A DNA stretch of 32,000 nt from Candidatus Saccharimonadota bacterium (GCA_016699205.1 CP064964.1:720001-752000); one strand, 5' to 3'. Positions 1-8,109 are shown, counted from the stretch's first letter. Numbers and translations: made by a program. The notes: a model not told the origin generated them from the sequence alone.

Positions 1-223
1 TTGGCCGGCTTATGATTCTTCCAAATTAACGGCTGCTACTTTTGAACTTGTTGTTCAAGTGAATGGTAAGGTGCGCGGTAAGATCATCGTTGATTCATCT
101 ATTGATGAAGCTGGAGCCAAGGCTGCGGCATTATCGGATGAGAATGTGAAGAAGTATTTGGAAGGTAAAGAACCTAAGCAGGTGAGATATATTGCCGGTA
201 AATTGTTAAGTATTGTTGTATGA
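1..223 (+). CDS. leuS: Leucyl-tRNA synthetase, C-terminal fragment (5' end outside window)
   Basis: Frame 2 is open from the window edge to TGA 221-223. The translation ...FELVVQVNGKVRGKIIVDSSIDEAGAKAAALSDENVKKYLEGKEPKQVRYIAGKLLSIVV matches the conserved LeuS C-terminal tail (VQVNGKvR). The stop overlaps the galU ATG (ATGA). Confidence 0.8.
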   Translation, partial: WPAYDSSKLTAATFELVVQVNGKVRGKIIVDSSIDEAGAKAAALSDENVKKYLEGKEPKQVRYIAGKLLSIVV

Positions 224-1086
224 AGCCGGTAAGAAAAGTCGTGATTCCGGTGGCAGGCTTTGGCACGCGGTTTTTGCCGGCGACCAAGGCGATGCCCAAG
301 GAAATGTTGCCGATTATCGATAAGCCGGTGATTCAATATATTGTTGAAGAAGCGGTAGCATCAGGAATTACCGATGTTATTTTGGTGACAAGCCATACCA
401 AGCGCCCTGTCGAGGATCACTTTGATGAGAGCCCGATGCTGGAGAGTTGGCTTACGAGTCAGGGTAAGCAGCGCGCATTGGAGGAGATCAAAGAGATTTC
501 TAAGCTTGCGAATTTTGTGTACGTGCGTCAGAAAGGCCCGTATGGAAATGCGACGCCGATCATGAATGCACGGCATGTGATCGGAGATGAGCCGTTTGCC
601 GTATTGTTTGGTGATGATGTATTTGATTCTGAGCGTCCGCGCTTGCGACAATTGCTGGATGTTTACGAAAAGTATGGCGATCCAGTGTTAACGGCGATCA
701 AAACGGATGATGAAGGAACAAAGAAGTATGGAGTGATTGATCCAGGCTCGAATGTCGGAGAACGTGTTTGTCAGATTAAGGGGGTGGTTGAGAAGCCAGG
801 GCCTGAAAAGGCGCCATCGAGACTGGCGAGTGTTGGCGGATATATTCTGACGCCGGATATCTTTGAGCAGATCGAGCAATTGAAGCCTGGCGTTGGGGGA
901 GAGTATGTTTTATTGGATGCGATCTCGCTTCTTATGAAAAAACGGGCGGTGTATGCGTGTGAAATCGAGGGAGAATATCATGATACAGGTACCAAGATCG
1001 GATGGTTGAAAGCCAATTTGGCCTATGCGCTGAAACGTGATGATTTAGGCAAAGAGACGCGCGACATGCTAAAATCGATTCGTTAA
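220..1086 (+). CDS. galU: UTP--glucose-1-phosphate uridylyltransferase
   Basis: 288 aa. The N-terminal VIPVAGFGTRFLPATKAMPKEMLPIIDKP is the canonical GalU/UGPase nucleotide-binding signature. Length is typical. Confidence 0.93.
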   Translation: MKPVRKVVIPVAGFGTRFLPATKAMPKEMLPIIDKPVIQYIVEEAVASGITDVILVTSHTKRPVEDHFDESPMLESWLTSQGKQRALEEIKEISKLANFVYVRQKGPYGNATPIMNARHVIGDEPFAVLFGDDVFDSERPRLRQLLDVYEKYGDPVLTAIKTDDEGTKKYGVIDPGSNVGERVCQIKGVVEKPGPEKAPSRLASVGGYILTPDIFEQIEQLKPGVGGEYVLLDAISLLMKKRAVYACEIEGEYHDTGTKIGWLKANLAYALKRDDLGKETRDMLKSIR

Positions 1087-1100
1087 CGCGAATCGATTTT

Positions 1101-2501
1101 ATGAATCACAAAATCAAAAAGCTCATTGCCGTCGTGGCGCTTGTCGCTCTTTCCGGCCAAGGCTGCACCAGAGCGCCTTCTGCCGATGCTGTCCGCGCGT
1201 CACAGCCAGTGACTTTGAAGGTCTGGGGAGTTGTTGATGATGTTGATGTCTATCAGGATTTGCTGGCGGCTTATCGTGTGACGCATCCGAATGTTCAGGT
1301 CGAGTATCGCCGTTTTCGCTTGGAAGAATATAAAGATCAATTGTTGAATGCCCTAGCAGAGGATCGCGGACCTGATGTCTTTTTGATTCATAACACATGG
1401 ACGAGCGAGTATCTGACAAAGATTGTTCCGATGCCGCGCACCACGAGAACCGCCTATCGCACCGTTACGGGAACTATTAAGAAGGAGCTGACATGGGAAT
1501 TGCGTACAGAGCCGACGCTCGCGCTTATCGATTTCAAGAATCAGTACGCCGATGTCGTTCAGCATGATTTACTGCGTACGATTGATGTTTCCACGGATAC
1601 CAACGTGAAGGACTTTCAAGAGAAGATCATGGGCGTACCAGTTGGTGTTGATACGATGGCTCTCTACTACAATAAGGATTTGTTGAATGCGGCCGGTATT
1701 CCGACGCCGCCGGAGAACTGGGCCCAATTTTCTGATCAGGTGAAGCGATTGACCAAGCTCGACAGCCAGGGAAATGTTACGCAATCGGCGGCGGGTATTG
1801 GTACAGCAAACAATGTCGAGCGGGCAACCGACTTGGTGTCTTTGCTCATGATCCAGAATGGTCAGACGATGGAGGATGATGCGGGCTATCCGATTTTCCA
1901 TAAGATTCCTGCGGCATTGAGCCGTGATAATCCGCCTTCCTTTCAAGCGCTGGAGTTTTATACGGACTTCGCTAACCCTAATAAGGACGTTTATACCTGG
2001 AATGACACGATGCCTAACTCGCTTGAGGCATTTGTATCTGGTCGCGCTGCATTCTTCTTTGGCTACGCGTATCAATATGACTTGATCCGTGCACGGGCTC
2101 CAAAGATCAATCTTGGTTTGGCTAAAGCTCCTCAGATTGAAGGTAATCCGCAGAAAAATTACGCCAATTATTGGAACTGGGTGGTTGCCAAGAAATCGAC
2201 GAATCAGGATTTGGCTTGGAATTTCTTGATGCAGCTCACCCAGCCAGATGTTTTGCAAAAAGTTTTGGATAAGGCCAAGCGTCCGAGTGCGCGTAAGTCT
2301 TTGCTGACGGCGCAGCTGCAGGATGAGCGTGTTGGCGTGTTTGCGGCGCAGGTTTTGACGGCCACGAGCTGGTATCGCGGTAAGGATTCTGCGGCGATGG
2401 AACGATCATTCCGCGAGATGATCACGTCCGTAGTGAATGGTGTGACCGCTCTGAAGGCCGTACGGTTTGCCGCAGACCAAATCGCGTTAACGATTCAGTA
2501 A
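1101..2501 (+). CDS. ABC-type extracellular solute-binding protein (family 1-like), probable lipoprotein; no cognate permease or ATPase nearby
   Basis: 466 aa. Signal peptide ending LVALSGQGC, followed by typical sugar-SBP sequence (LKVWGVVDD..., GPDVFLIHNTW, YYNKDLL). Function assigned by family resemblance only. Confidence 0.75.
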   Translation: MNHKIKKLIAVVALVALSGQGCTRAPSADAVRASQPVTLKVWGVVDDVDVYQDLLAAYRVTHPNVQVEYRRFRLEEYKDQLLNALAEDRGPDVFLIHNTWTSEYLTKIVPMPRTTRTAYRTVTGTIKKELTWELRTEPTLALIDFKNQYADVVQHDLLRTIDVSTDTNVKDFQEKIMGVPVGVDTMALYYNKDLLNAAGIPTPPENWAQFSDQVKRLTKLDSQGNVTQSAAGIGTANNVERATDLVSLLMIQNGQTMEDDAGYPIFHKIPAALSRDNPPSFQALEFYTDFANPNKDVYTWNDTMPNSLEAFVSGRAAFFFGYAYQYDLIRARAPKINLGLAKAPQIEGNPQKNYANYWNWVVAKKSTNQDLAWNFLMQLTQPDVLQKVLDKAKRPSARKSLLTAQLQDERVGVFAAQVLTATSWYRGKDSAAMERSFREMITSVVNGVTALKAVRFAADQIALTIQ

Positions 2502-2506
2502 GTGGT

Positions 2507-3319
2507 ATGATGGGGACTATGAACAGTAAGCAAAGAACAAAGAGTATCTGGTCGGTGCTTGCCCTCCTGCTCTCTGTTTTCTTGTTCTCCGTTCCTTCCG
2601 GCGTGCTTGCTATTGAATGCCCGCCACAAGCGTCTGACTTGAACTCAGCGCAAATTGCGGCTTTTGGCGATCTCACGCTGATGAGTTGTCAGAATTTATC
2701 AGCTGAAGTATCTGGGCCTGATCGGTCGCGGCGCTGTGTTTCCGGCGCTTGTCCCGGCGGAACTGATACGATGTGCTGCATGCCAGGCACGGGTGCCTCG
2801 CGCGGATTGGGCGGGGAGGAACCGTCAGCACCAGCTGGTGGAGGCGGTGGTGGGGGTGTGCTCCGACTTCAGCTGCCGGCGTGCGTCGCGGATGGAAATT
2901 GCGGATTGGATGACATTGTTGAGACGGGTGTGAACTTTGCCAACTTCTTGTTTGGTATTTCCGGCGCGATTTTTCTTGCGATCTTTGTTTACGCCGGATT
3001 CAAGTATATTTTCTTTGCTTCTCAATCGAGCGAGGTTTCGGCAGCCAAAGGCATGCTCGTGAATGCAACGATTGGTATTATCTTGATGTTTGGTGCAAGC
3101 GCGCTTGTGACAACCGTTTACAACGCATTCCGCGCCGGTGGTTCCGGTGGGGATGCCCGCTGTACCGCGTCGTTTCCCGCAAATTCTTGTCAGCCGCTTT
3201 CTGCTAACTGGGAAGATGTGACGGCTCGCAACGCGGAAATCCGTGACAGAAGCTGTCAGCCGGGATTGTGCGGGGATGATAATCGTTTGGTCTGTTGTCC
3301 GACGGAAGCTGCTCGCTAA
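2507..3319 (+). CDS. VirB2/TrbC-like (T4SS-pilin-like) protein 1, with Cys-rich modules on both sides of the pilin core
   Basis: 270 aa. N-terminal hydrophobic signal (IWSVLALLLSVFLFSVPSGVLA), a Cys-rich stretch (CPPQ...CVSGACPGGTDTMCCMPG) and a Gly run. Central two-helix core FLFGISGAIFLAIFVYAGFKYIFFASQSSEVSAAKGMLVNATIGIILMFGASALV. Second Cys-rich tail (CTASFPANSCQ...CQPGLCGDDNRLVCCP). Confidence 0.65.
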   Translation: MMGTMNSKQRTKSIWSVLALLLSVFLFSVPSGVLAIECPPQASDLNSAQIAAFGDLTLMSCQNLSAEVSGPDRSRRCVSGACPGGTDTMCCMPGTGASRGLGGEEPSAPAGGGGGGGVLRLQLPACVADGNCGLDDIVETGVNFANFLFGISGAIFLAIFVYAGFKYIFFASQSSEVSAAKGMLVNATIGIILMFGASALVTTVYNAFRAGGSGGDARCTASFPANSCQPLSANWEDVTARNAEIRDRSCQPGLCGDDNRLVCCPTEAAR

Positions 3320-3320
3320 T

Positions 3321-4166
3321 ATGACTCGATTACACTCTCTTTCCCAGCTTATCAAGATTCTATCGATGGCGATCGTATTATTACTTGTTTTTCCGACAAA
3401 TTCTTTTGCTGCAATTGGGGCCGCTTGCGATGTAAGCGGTGAATGTGGTGCGGGAGAAAATTGTGATAATGAAGCGGGTGGCTCGAGAACCTGTCGGCTG
3501 CCCATCGGAGCAGCTTGTACATCAAGTGCACAGTGTAGATTGGAAAGTCCTTGTACAGCAGGTACGTGTACACCCTCATCAGGTGCCCCTCCCTCGGCCC
3601 CTGTTCCAGCACCGTCCGCTGGAGGAAGTTGTCCATGCACATGTACGATTCAAACGGGTACCGGCCCGCAAAGTGTTTCTATTAGCGGAGGGATAACCGG
3701 CGTAGGTACTCCGACCGGTCCGGCGACGCGTGCGGAAGCGCAGACGGCTTGTCAGACAGCGTGTCAGGCACAGGCAGCAACGAGGACTGGAACGCTAACG
3801 ACCGCGGCGCTTGAGGGGTGTCCGGCCTCTTTGTTTGGAGCGGGCGGAGCCGGTACCGGTGCGTCAGGGACGGGAGACGGCTCAGGGAGTGGGGATGCCG
3901 GCTCCATTGCTCTGTATAATCCTCTGGACGCCGAGGTCGGCGTTGCGGAATTTATTAGCCGTGGTTTGCGCGGGGTTATTGGTTTTGTGGGTGCGCTCGC
4001 CTTGCTCATGTTTGTGTACGGCGGTGTGATGTGGATGACGGCGGGGGATAGCAAGCGTATCGATACCGCCAAGGAGATTTTGAAAAACTCGACCATTGGG
4101 CTTGTGCTGATCTTTTTCTCGTATAGCATCGTTTCCGTTGTCTTCAGTCTTTTGGGGAGCTCGTAA
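3321..4166 (+). CDS. VirB2/TrbC-like (T4SS-pilin-like) protein 2, with an N-terminal Cys-rich extension
   Basis: I chose ATG 3321, 2 nt after the upstream stop; the track ORF start 3243 lies inside gene 1. Signal peptide MTRLHSLSQLIKILSMAIVLLLVFPTNSFA. Cys-rich region (CDVSGECGAGENCDNE...CPCTCTIQ...ACQTACQAQ). C-terminal core VGALALLMFVYGGVMWMTAGDSKRIDTAKEILKNSTIGLVLIFFSYSIV. Confidence 0.7.
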   Translation: MTRLHSLSQLIKILSMAIVLLLVFPTNSFAAIGAACDVSGECGAGENCDNEAGGSRTCRLPIGAACTSSAQCRLESPCTAGTCTPSSGAPPSAPVPAPSAGGSCPCTCTIQTGTGPQSVSISGGITGVGTPTGPATRAEAQTACQTACQAQAATRTGTLTTAALEGCPASLFGAGGAGTGASGTGDGSGSGDAGSIALYNPLDAEVGVAEFISRGLRGVIGFVGALALLMFVYGGVMWMTAGDSKRIDTAKEILKNSTIGLVLIFFSYSIVSVVFSLLGSS

Positions 4167-4167
4167 T

Positions 4168-4872
4168 ATGACTATCGTATCGCGTAAGCCGCAACTTGCT
4201 AGTCTATGGATGGTCGGTGTATTTCTTTTTTCGTTTTTGGTATCTGCGATGCCGACGAGCGTATCCGCGCAGCCATTTTGCTGGTGTAAAATTGCAGATG
4301 GAACGTGTTCACAGCACGGAGCGCGTGTTGGCGAATCGCCGCGTCAGGTGACGCAGTGCGGTGATGCTCCTGCAGGAGCATCTGATACGGATCGACTTAC
4401 GTACTGTAATACGTATTGTTCGAGCCGCGGTTGGCGTGCCGTTCACTGTGAGACGGGGTATAATAATTATTATCAATCGGATAGCACTCCTGATGAGGCA
4501 AATCGCTGTACGCCTCGCGAGGCACCGGCTCCGGCCGATTCTGGGAGCGTAGAGACGCCCGGTATGGGCGATGGCGGAGAAGATCGCACAAGTCCCAGCG
4601 ACTTTGGTTTGCGTAATCCTATCGGTTCCACGGATTTGCGCGTGATTATTAGTCGGCTTATCCGCGCGGTCCTTGGTATTGTCGGCGCGCTTTTTCTTGT
4701 GATGTTTGTGTATGGCGGAGTGCTTTGGATGACGGCTGGGGAGAGTAAGCGGATTGATTCTGCCAAGAAAACATTGATCAATGCGGTCGTCGGAATGATC
4801 ATTGTCGCCTTTTCGTACTCGATGGTTTCTTTGGTGTTTAACCTCGCTGGACAGGTTGCGGGCGGCGCGTAA
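4168..4872 (+). CDS. VirB2/TrbC-like (T4SS-pilin-like) protein 3, with an N-terminal Cys-rich extension
   Basis: ATG 4168 lies 2 nt after the upstream stop. Signal peptide ...FLFSFLVSAMPTSVSAQ. Cys-rich region (FCWCKIADGTCSQ...YCNTYCSSRGWRAVHCE...RCTP). C-terminal core VGALFLVMFVYGGVLWMTAGESKRIDSAKKTLINAVVGMIIVAFSYSMV. Confidence 0.7.
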   Translation: MTIVSRKPQLASLWMVGVFLFSFLVSAMPTSVSAQPFCWCKIADGTCSQHGARVGESPRQVTQCGDAPAGASDTDRLTYCNTYCSSRGWRAVHCETGYNNYYQSDSTPDEANRCTPREAPAPADSGSVETPGMGDGGEDRTSPSDFGLRNPIGSTDLRVIISRLIRAVLGIVGALFLVMFVYGGVLWMTAGESKRIDSAKKTLINAVVGMIIVAFSYSMVSLVFNLAGQVAGGA

Positions 4873-4879
4873 GTCCTTG

Positions 4880-4888
4880 TGGTATACT
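4880..4888 (+). promoter_or_regulatory. Candidate extended -10 promoter element (TGgTATACT) upstream of the short pilin-like gene
   Basis: tgGTATACT at 4880-4888, just after the gene 3 stop. No convincing -35. Would give a leader of about 70 nt. Confidence 0.3.
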
Positions 4889-4961
4889 TCCCTCGTCGTT
4901 CCGCGCGTTAATTGCAGAACGAAGACATATCTTTGACTATGAGAAAGGAGGTGACATACGC

Positions 4962-5357
4962 ATGACTTTACGTATGAAAAAGCTTGTTGGTTTTGCCGCT
5001 ACGGCCGGTATTCTTGCCGCCACAGCGCTGCCAGCTGTCACCTTTGCTCAGGGGGGTTTGAATGCCAACGATCTTGGTGTTGGAGCCATCCAAAACGATA
5101 TTAAGCTCGGTTCCGGCGACGTTCGCCAGACTGCAGCTCGTATCATCAACGTTGCTCTCGGTTTCCTCGGTATCATTGCCGTGGTAATTGTGCTCGTCGG
5201 TGGTTTCAAATATATGATCTCGGGTGGTAACGAAGAGAAGACATCGGAAGCCAAGAACTTGATCGTGTCCGGTATTATCGGTCTCGCCATCATTCTCTCG
5301 GCTTGGGCAATCACGAGTTTCGTGATCGGCCAGCTTCTCACCGCAACCTCTGAATAA
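4962..5357 (+). CDS. VirB2/TrbC-like (T4SS-pilin-like) protein 4, short form; candidate major subunit
   Basis: 131 aa. Strong SD AAAGGAGGTG 8 nt upstream (alternative ATG at 4974). Signal peptide ...ATALPAVTFAQGG. Core LGFLGIIAVVIVLVGGFKYMISGGNEEKTSEAKNLIVSGIIGLAIILSAWAI. C-ending codon preference (CTC, ATC, GGT, AAG) resembles the ribosomal-protein genes in this window. Confidence 0.75.
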   Translation: MTLRMKKLVGFAATAGILAATALPAVTFAQGGLNANDLGVGAIQNDIKLGSGDVRQTAARIINVALGFLGIIAVVIVLVGGFKYMISGGNEEKTSEAKNLIVSGIIGLAIILSAWAITSFVIGQLLTATSE

Positions 5358-5363
5358 TCTTGC

Positions 5364-5380
5364 ACCGGCATAGCGCCGGT
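5364..5380 (+). promoter_or_regulatory. Intercistronic hairpin after pilin-like gene 4 (possible attenuator or mRNA stabiliser)
   Basis: accggc-atagc-gccggt, a 6-bp perfect stem with no T tract, between the stop at 5357 and ATG 5390. Confidence 0.3.
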
Positions 5381-5389
5381 ACTCACTAC

Positions 5390-5947
5390 ATGTCTCGTCA
5401 CTCATTCATTACCGCTTGTCTCACCGCATCACTCGTGTTGATGCCGGTTATGGCATCGGCGCAACTCACGGCGGATAACACCGGACTTTCCGGCGCGGCT
5501 GCCGGAACGGGCTTGTCTACTTCTTGTGAAGGGACGGAGTGTTTGCTCTCGATCATCGGGAACGTGATCAACCTCGTGCTCGGTTTCCTCGGTGTCGTTC
5601 TCTTGGTCATGCTGCTCTATGCCGGCTTTCTCTGGATGACTTCTGGAGGAGACACAAAGGGCGTGCAGGCGGCCAAGACCATGATTACCAATGCCGTTGC
5701 CGGCGTGGTCATCGTCGCCATTTCCTACGCTCTCACCGCTTTTGTTCTTGGCCAGTTGGCTACGATTACGGGCGATGCGGGAGGTGCAGGCAGTGAAGCA
5801 CCTGGTGCGGGAGGGAGAGGAGCGGCTTGTTCTGCTCCAGCCGACTGTCCCGAGGTTACATGTCCTGCTGGCGGCAGTTCTCCGGTCGGACCTCATGAGG
5901 GCAGGTGTGTTCTTGGTGAATGCAGTGCTTACGTCTGCTCGCCGTAA
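5390..5947 (+). CDS. VirB2/TrbC-like (T4SS-pilin-like) protein 5, with a C-terminal Cys-rich tail
   Basis: I preferred ATG 5390 (MSRHSFITACLTASLVLMPVMASAQ signal) over the track TTG at 5360. Core LGFLGVVLLVMLLYAGFLWMTSGGDTKGVQAAKTMITNAVAGVVIVAISYAL. Tail ACSAPADCPEVTCPAGG...GRCVLGECSAYVCSP. Confidence 0.7.
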   Translation: MSRHSFITACLTASLVLMPVMASAQLTADNTGLSGAAAGTGLSTSCEGTECLLSIIGNVINLVLGFLGVVLLVMLLYAGFLWMTSGGDTKGVQAAKTMITNAVAGVVIVAISYALTAFVLGQLATITGDAGGAGSEAPGAGGRGAACSAPADCPEVTCPAGGSSPVGPHEGRCVLGECSAYVCSP

Positions 5948-6009
5948 TGACCGGACGTGTATCGAGTATCGGTGCTGTGCCTTGTAAGACTTAATTCCCA
6001 GATTGATCT

Positions 6010-6423
6010 ATGAACTTGAAAAAGCTTTATTACGCCGCCGGAGCCGGTCTGAGCGTGATGGCGGGTTCCATCCCGTTTATCGCTCAGGCTCAACCCGGTC
6101 GCAACCCGTTTGATCCAAGTGGAACTGCGGCGCAAAATGTTGGTAAGATAGGTACTCAGATTGGACAAACAGGTGACCAGTCAACAAGATTGCCAATCAT
6201 TATTGGCAATATCATCAACGTTGTTCTTGGATTCATGGGCATCGTGCTCTTGTTCTATTTACTCTACGGCGGATTCCTTTGGATGACTTCCGGAGGTGAT
6301 TCCAAGGGTGTTGATGCAGCCAAGACGATGATTCGCAACGCTATTATCGGTCTTGTCATCATTGTTTCTTCCTACGCGATTTCCAGCTTTGTGCTTGCAC
6401 AGCTGTTGATCGTTACATCGTAA
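6010..6423 (+). CDS. VirB2/TrbC-like (T4SS-pilin-like) protein 6, short form
   Basis: 137 aa. Signal peptide ...GSIPFIAQAQ. Core LGFMGIVLLFYLLYGGFLWMTSGGDSKGVDAAKTMIRNAIIGLVIIVSSYAI, closely similar to gene 5. Confidence 0.75.
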   Translation: MNLKKLYYAAGAGLSVMAGSIPFIAQAQPGRNPFDPSGTAAQNVGKIGTQIGQTGDQSTRLPIIIGNIINVVLGFMGIVLLFYLLYGGFLWMTSGGDSKGVDAAKTMIRNAIIGLVIIVSSYAISSFVLAQLLIVTS

Positions 6424-6437
6424 TTTTGCTGGCCCCC

Positions 6438-6472
6438 AAACACATAGCCCGCTACTGCGGGTTTTGTGTTTT
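6438..6472 (+). terminator. Rho-independent terminator of the pilin-like array
   Basis: Nested hairpin aaacaca-tag-cccgc-tact-gcggg-ttt-tgtgttt followed by a T-rich tail. Confidence 0.7.
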
Positions 6473-6475
6473 CTT

Positions 6476-6561
6476 GTCATTCCTGCGGTGGTAGGAGTCC
6501 ATCTGACTAAGGTTACGAATCGTCCGACCTCTAGCTGGATCCCAGCGTTCGTTGGGATGAC
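6476..6561. repeat. ~86-nt palindromic intergenic element bounded by GTCATTCC...GGGATGAC
   Basis: The terminal arms gtcattcc (6476-6483) and gggatgac (6554-6561) are reverse complements apart from one T:G pair. Size and termini match the element at 13176-13264. Confidence 0.5.
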
Positions 6562-6580
6562 AATGAAGTTATGAGATATC

Positions 6581-6658
6581 GAAAACGACCGTCGGAGCTT
6601 CTCTTGCGAGATGCTCACGACGGTCGTGATCAGAGTAGGGGCACATGGCAATGTGCCC
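6581..6658 (-). terminator. Terminator region of the minus-strand lipoprotein operon (two hairpins)
   Basis: On the minus strand just after the stop at 6667: gggcacat-tgcc-atgtgccc (6639-6658). Then a 10-bp perfect stem acgaccgtcg/cgacggtcgt (6585-6627) followed by TTTTC. Confidence 0.65.
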
Positions 6659-6666
6659 AAGTTGCG

Positions 6667-7440
6667 TCAGGGCGTTCCGGCCTGTCCGCAGTCGCCATTG
6701 GTGATCTGCCACTGCAGACCGCCAGCCATGTGGAATGGGTGAGTGCCGCGATATGCGGGAGCAGAGGCGAGCCGTCCACCTGCTGTGCGGTAGCAGAAGT
6801 AGGTGATCTCGTGACGGGGACGATCCGCGCCGTCGACGAGCGGGATGCTCATCGAAGTCGGAGACATGGGGCCCGCGCGCCGCGGGATCGCGGGCATCGC
6901 GCACATGCCGGACGTGTCGCTCACCATGAGGGGCGTTCCACCTGCAAAGGTGTGGACGACACGGCCATCGATCGCGATGGCGACATCGAAGATGGAGTTG
7001 TTCTGGACCAAGTAGTCCATGCCGTCCATCGTGTATGCTCCCCACGGCTCGGAGCCGGTGGAGAAGGCCATTGTGGAGGTCAGCATGCCCGAGGTGAGCA
7101 TGCCGGCACCGTCGACGCCGTCGCACATCTGGAGAACGCCAGGCATGCCGGTCGACGTCGTTCCGATGGGCGTCATGAGCGGGGCGCCCACGATGGGTGC
7201 GACGGGAGCGGATGCCACGACCGGAGCCGTGTCACCACCGCTGGTCTCGGAAGCGGGCTCGCGGCCGGCCATGAGGTCGGCGCGATCACGCTCGAGACGA
7301 GCGTTCTCCTCTTCCGCTTCCGTGGCACGTGCCTCGGCGCGGTCGAGACGCTCCATGATGGAGCGCATGTCGACGCTGCCGCCGCAGCCGATGAGGGTGA
7401 AGCAGGCGAGCGCGAACACGAACGAGAGGTGCTTGATCAT
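6667..7440 (-). CDS. Hypothetical lipoprotein with a short N-terminal coiled-coil (GC-rich cassette a)
   Basis: I chose ATG 7440 (MIKHLSFVFALACFTLIGCGG, lipobox LIGC). It is followed by RSIMERLDRAEARATEAEEENARLERDRADL, then a Met/Gly/Thr-rich region and a C-terminal domain with no family I recognise. The track ORF extends in frame to 7584 but lacks signal logic there. Confidence 0.7.
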   Translation of the reverse strand: MIKHLSFVFALACFTLIGCGGSVDMRSIMERLDRAEARATEAEEENARLERDRADLMAGREPASETSGGDTAPVVASAPVAPIVGAPLMTPIGTTSTGMPGVLQMCDGVDGAGMLTSGMLTSTMAFSTGSEPWGAYTMDGMDYLVQNNSIFDVAIAIDGRVVHTFAGGTPLMVSDTSGMCAMPAIPRRAGPMSPTSMSIPLVDGADRPRHEITYFCYRTAGGRLASAPAYRGTHPFHMAGGLQWQITNGDCGQAGTP

Positions 7441-7602
7441 CTGGGCCTCGTAGGGTTTTGGGTTGTTGTTTTGAGGAACGTTGGTCGTCTCAGGTTTGAG
7501 ACTTCCCTCCAAGTCATGAAGCTTGTTCATGATCATGTTCATGAATCGGAGGGAAGGAGCTCCAGGTGTAATCCCGGAGCTCACTTGCCAGAGTGATGTG
7601 TG

Positions 7603-8089
7603 TCAGCGAGAGCGAGGTGCGTGGTCGGCGCGGAGCTGGTCCTCGACGGCCTCGATGCGCGCCTCGAGCTCGGGGTCGGAAGTGACCTCGGCTTCGGGGA
7701 GCGGGCAGCTCCCGTCTGCGCAGGGCGACGATGTCATCGGCACGGAGGGAACGGCGGCCGAAGCTGCCATCCACTCGGCACGCCGAGAGGCTGCCATCAT
7801 CGTGAGCTCCGGGTTGGTGTACCCGGTGCCGTAGTAGGCCGATCCGCCGTAGGGCGAGATGCGGCCGCGCGCGCCCACGGGGAGCGCGCCTGCGGTGGAA
7901 ACCGGGGACGCCGACCATGGGGCCGGCTGCCATCGGACCGCCGACGCCGCCGCCTGCGGATCCGTAGGGACCCGAGCCGTAGCCGACGCCGCCGTAGGCG
8001 CCCATTCTGCCGCGGCCGTAGAGACCGCCGCAGCCGGACGCCATCGCGAGGAGCATGAGACCGAGGATCATCATGAGGTTCTTCATCAT
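7603..8089 (-). CDS. Hypothetical Gly/Tyr-rich lipoprotein, frame-broken in this assembly (cassette a)
   Basis: SD AAGGAG then ATGATG at 8089/8086. MMKNLMMILGLMLLAMASGCGG lipobox, then GLYGRGRMGAYGGVGYGSGPYGSAGGGVGG. Near 7880-7907 (G4 at 7904-7907) the plausible sequence continues in the +1 frame: ...ISPYGGSAYYGTGYTNPEL...DPELEARIEAVEDQLRADHAPRSR, stop 7603-7605. The length of 487 nt is not a multiple of 3. Confidence 0.55.
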
Positions 8090-8109
8090 CTTCTCCTTGT
8101 TCATCGAAT

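Noticed and set aside
3243-3320. Upstream starts given by the ORF track for pilin-like genes 2, 3 and 5 (3243, 4138, 5360) and for gpmA (15671), nifS (21509) and the DsbD_2-like gene (16432)
   Set aside because: These extensions overlap the preceding gene or a terminator and precede the obvious signal peptide or conserved N-terminus. I chose internal ATGs placed 1-2 nt after, or overlapping, the upstream stop.
2507-6423. Reading the six small hydrophobic proteins as type IV pilins (PilA-like)
   Set aside because: None has the class III signal or N-terminal G|F(T/S)L(I/L)E motif. The conserved element is a two-helix hairpin with a ...MTSGGD...AK loop, which fits VirB2/TrbC-type pilins better.
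7441-7584. In-frame N-terminal extension of the 6667-7440 lipoprotein (track start 7584; ATGs at 7542-7530)
   Set aside because: The extension would bury the lipoprotein signal peptide 48 residues inside the protein. ATG 7440 gives a canonical n-h-lipobox arrangement.
6571-7596. 341-aa plus-strand ORF covering the lipoprotein gene region
   Set aside because: This is an Arg/Gly/His-rich antisense shadow ORF typical of high-GC DNA. It has no SD or signal logic, while the minus-strand frame has a lipobox, coiled-coil and terminators.
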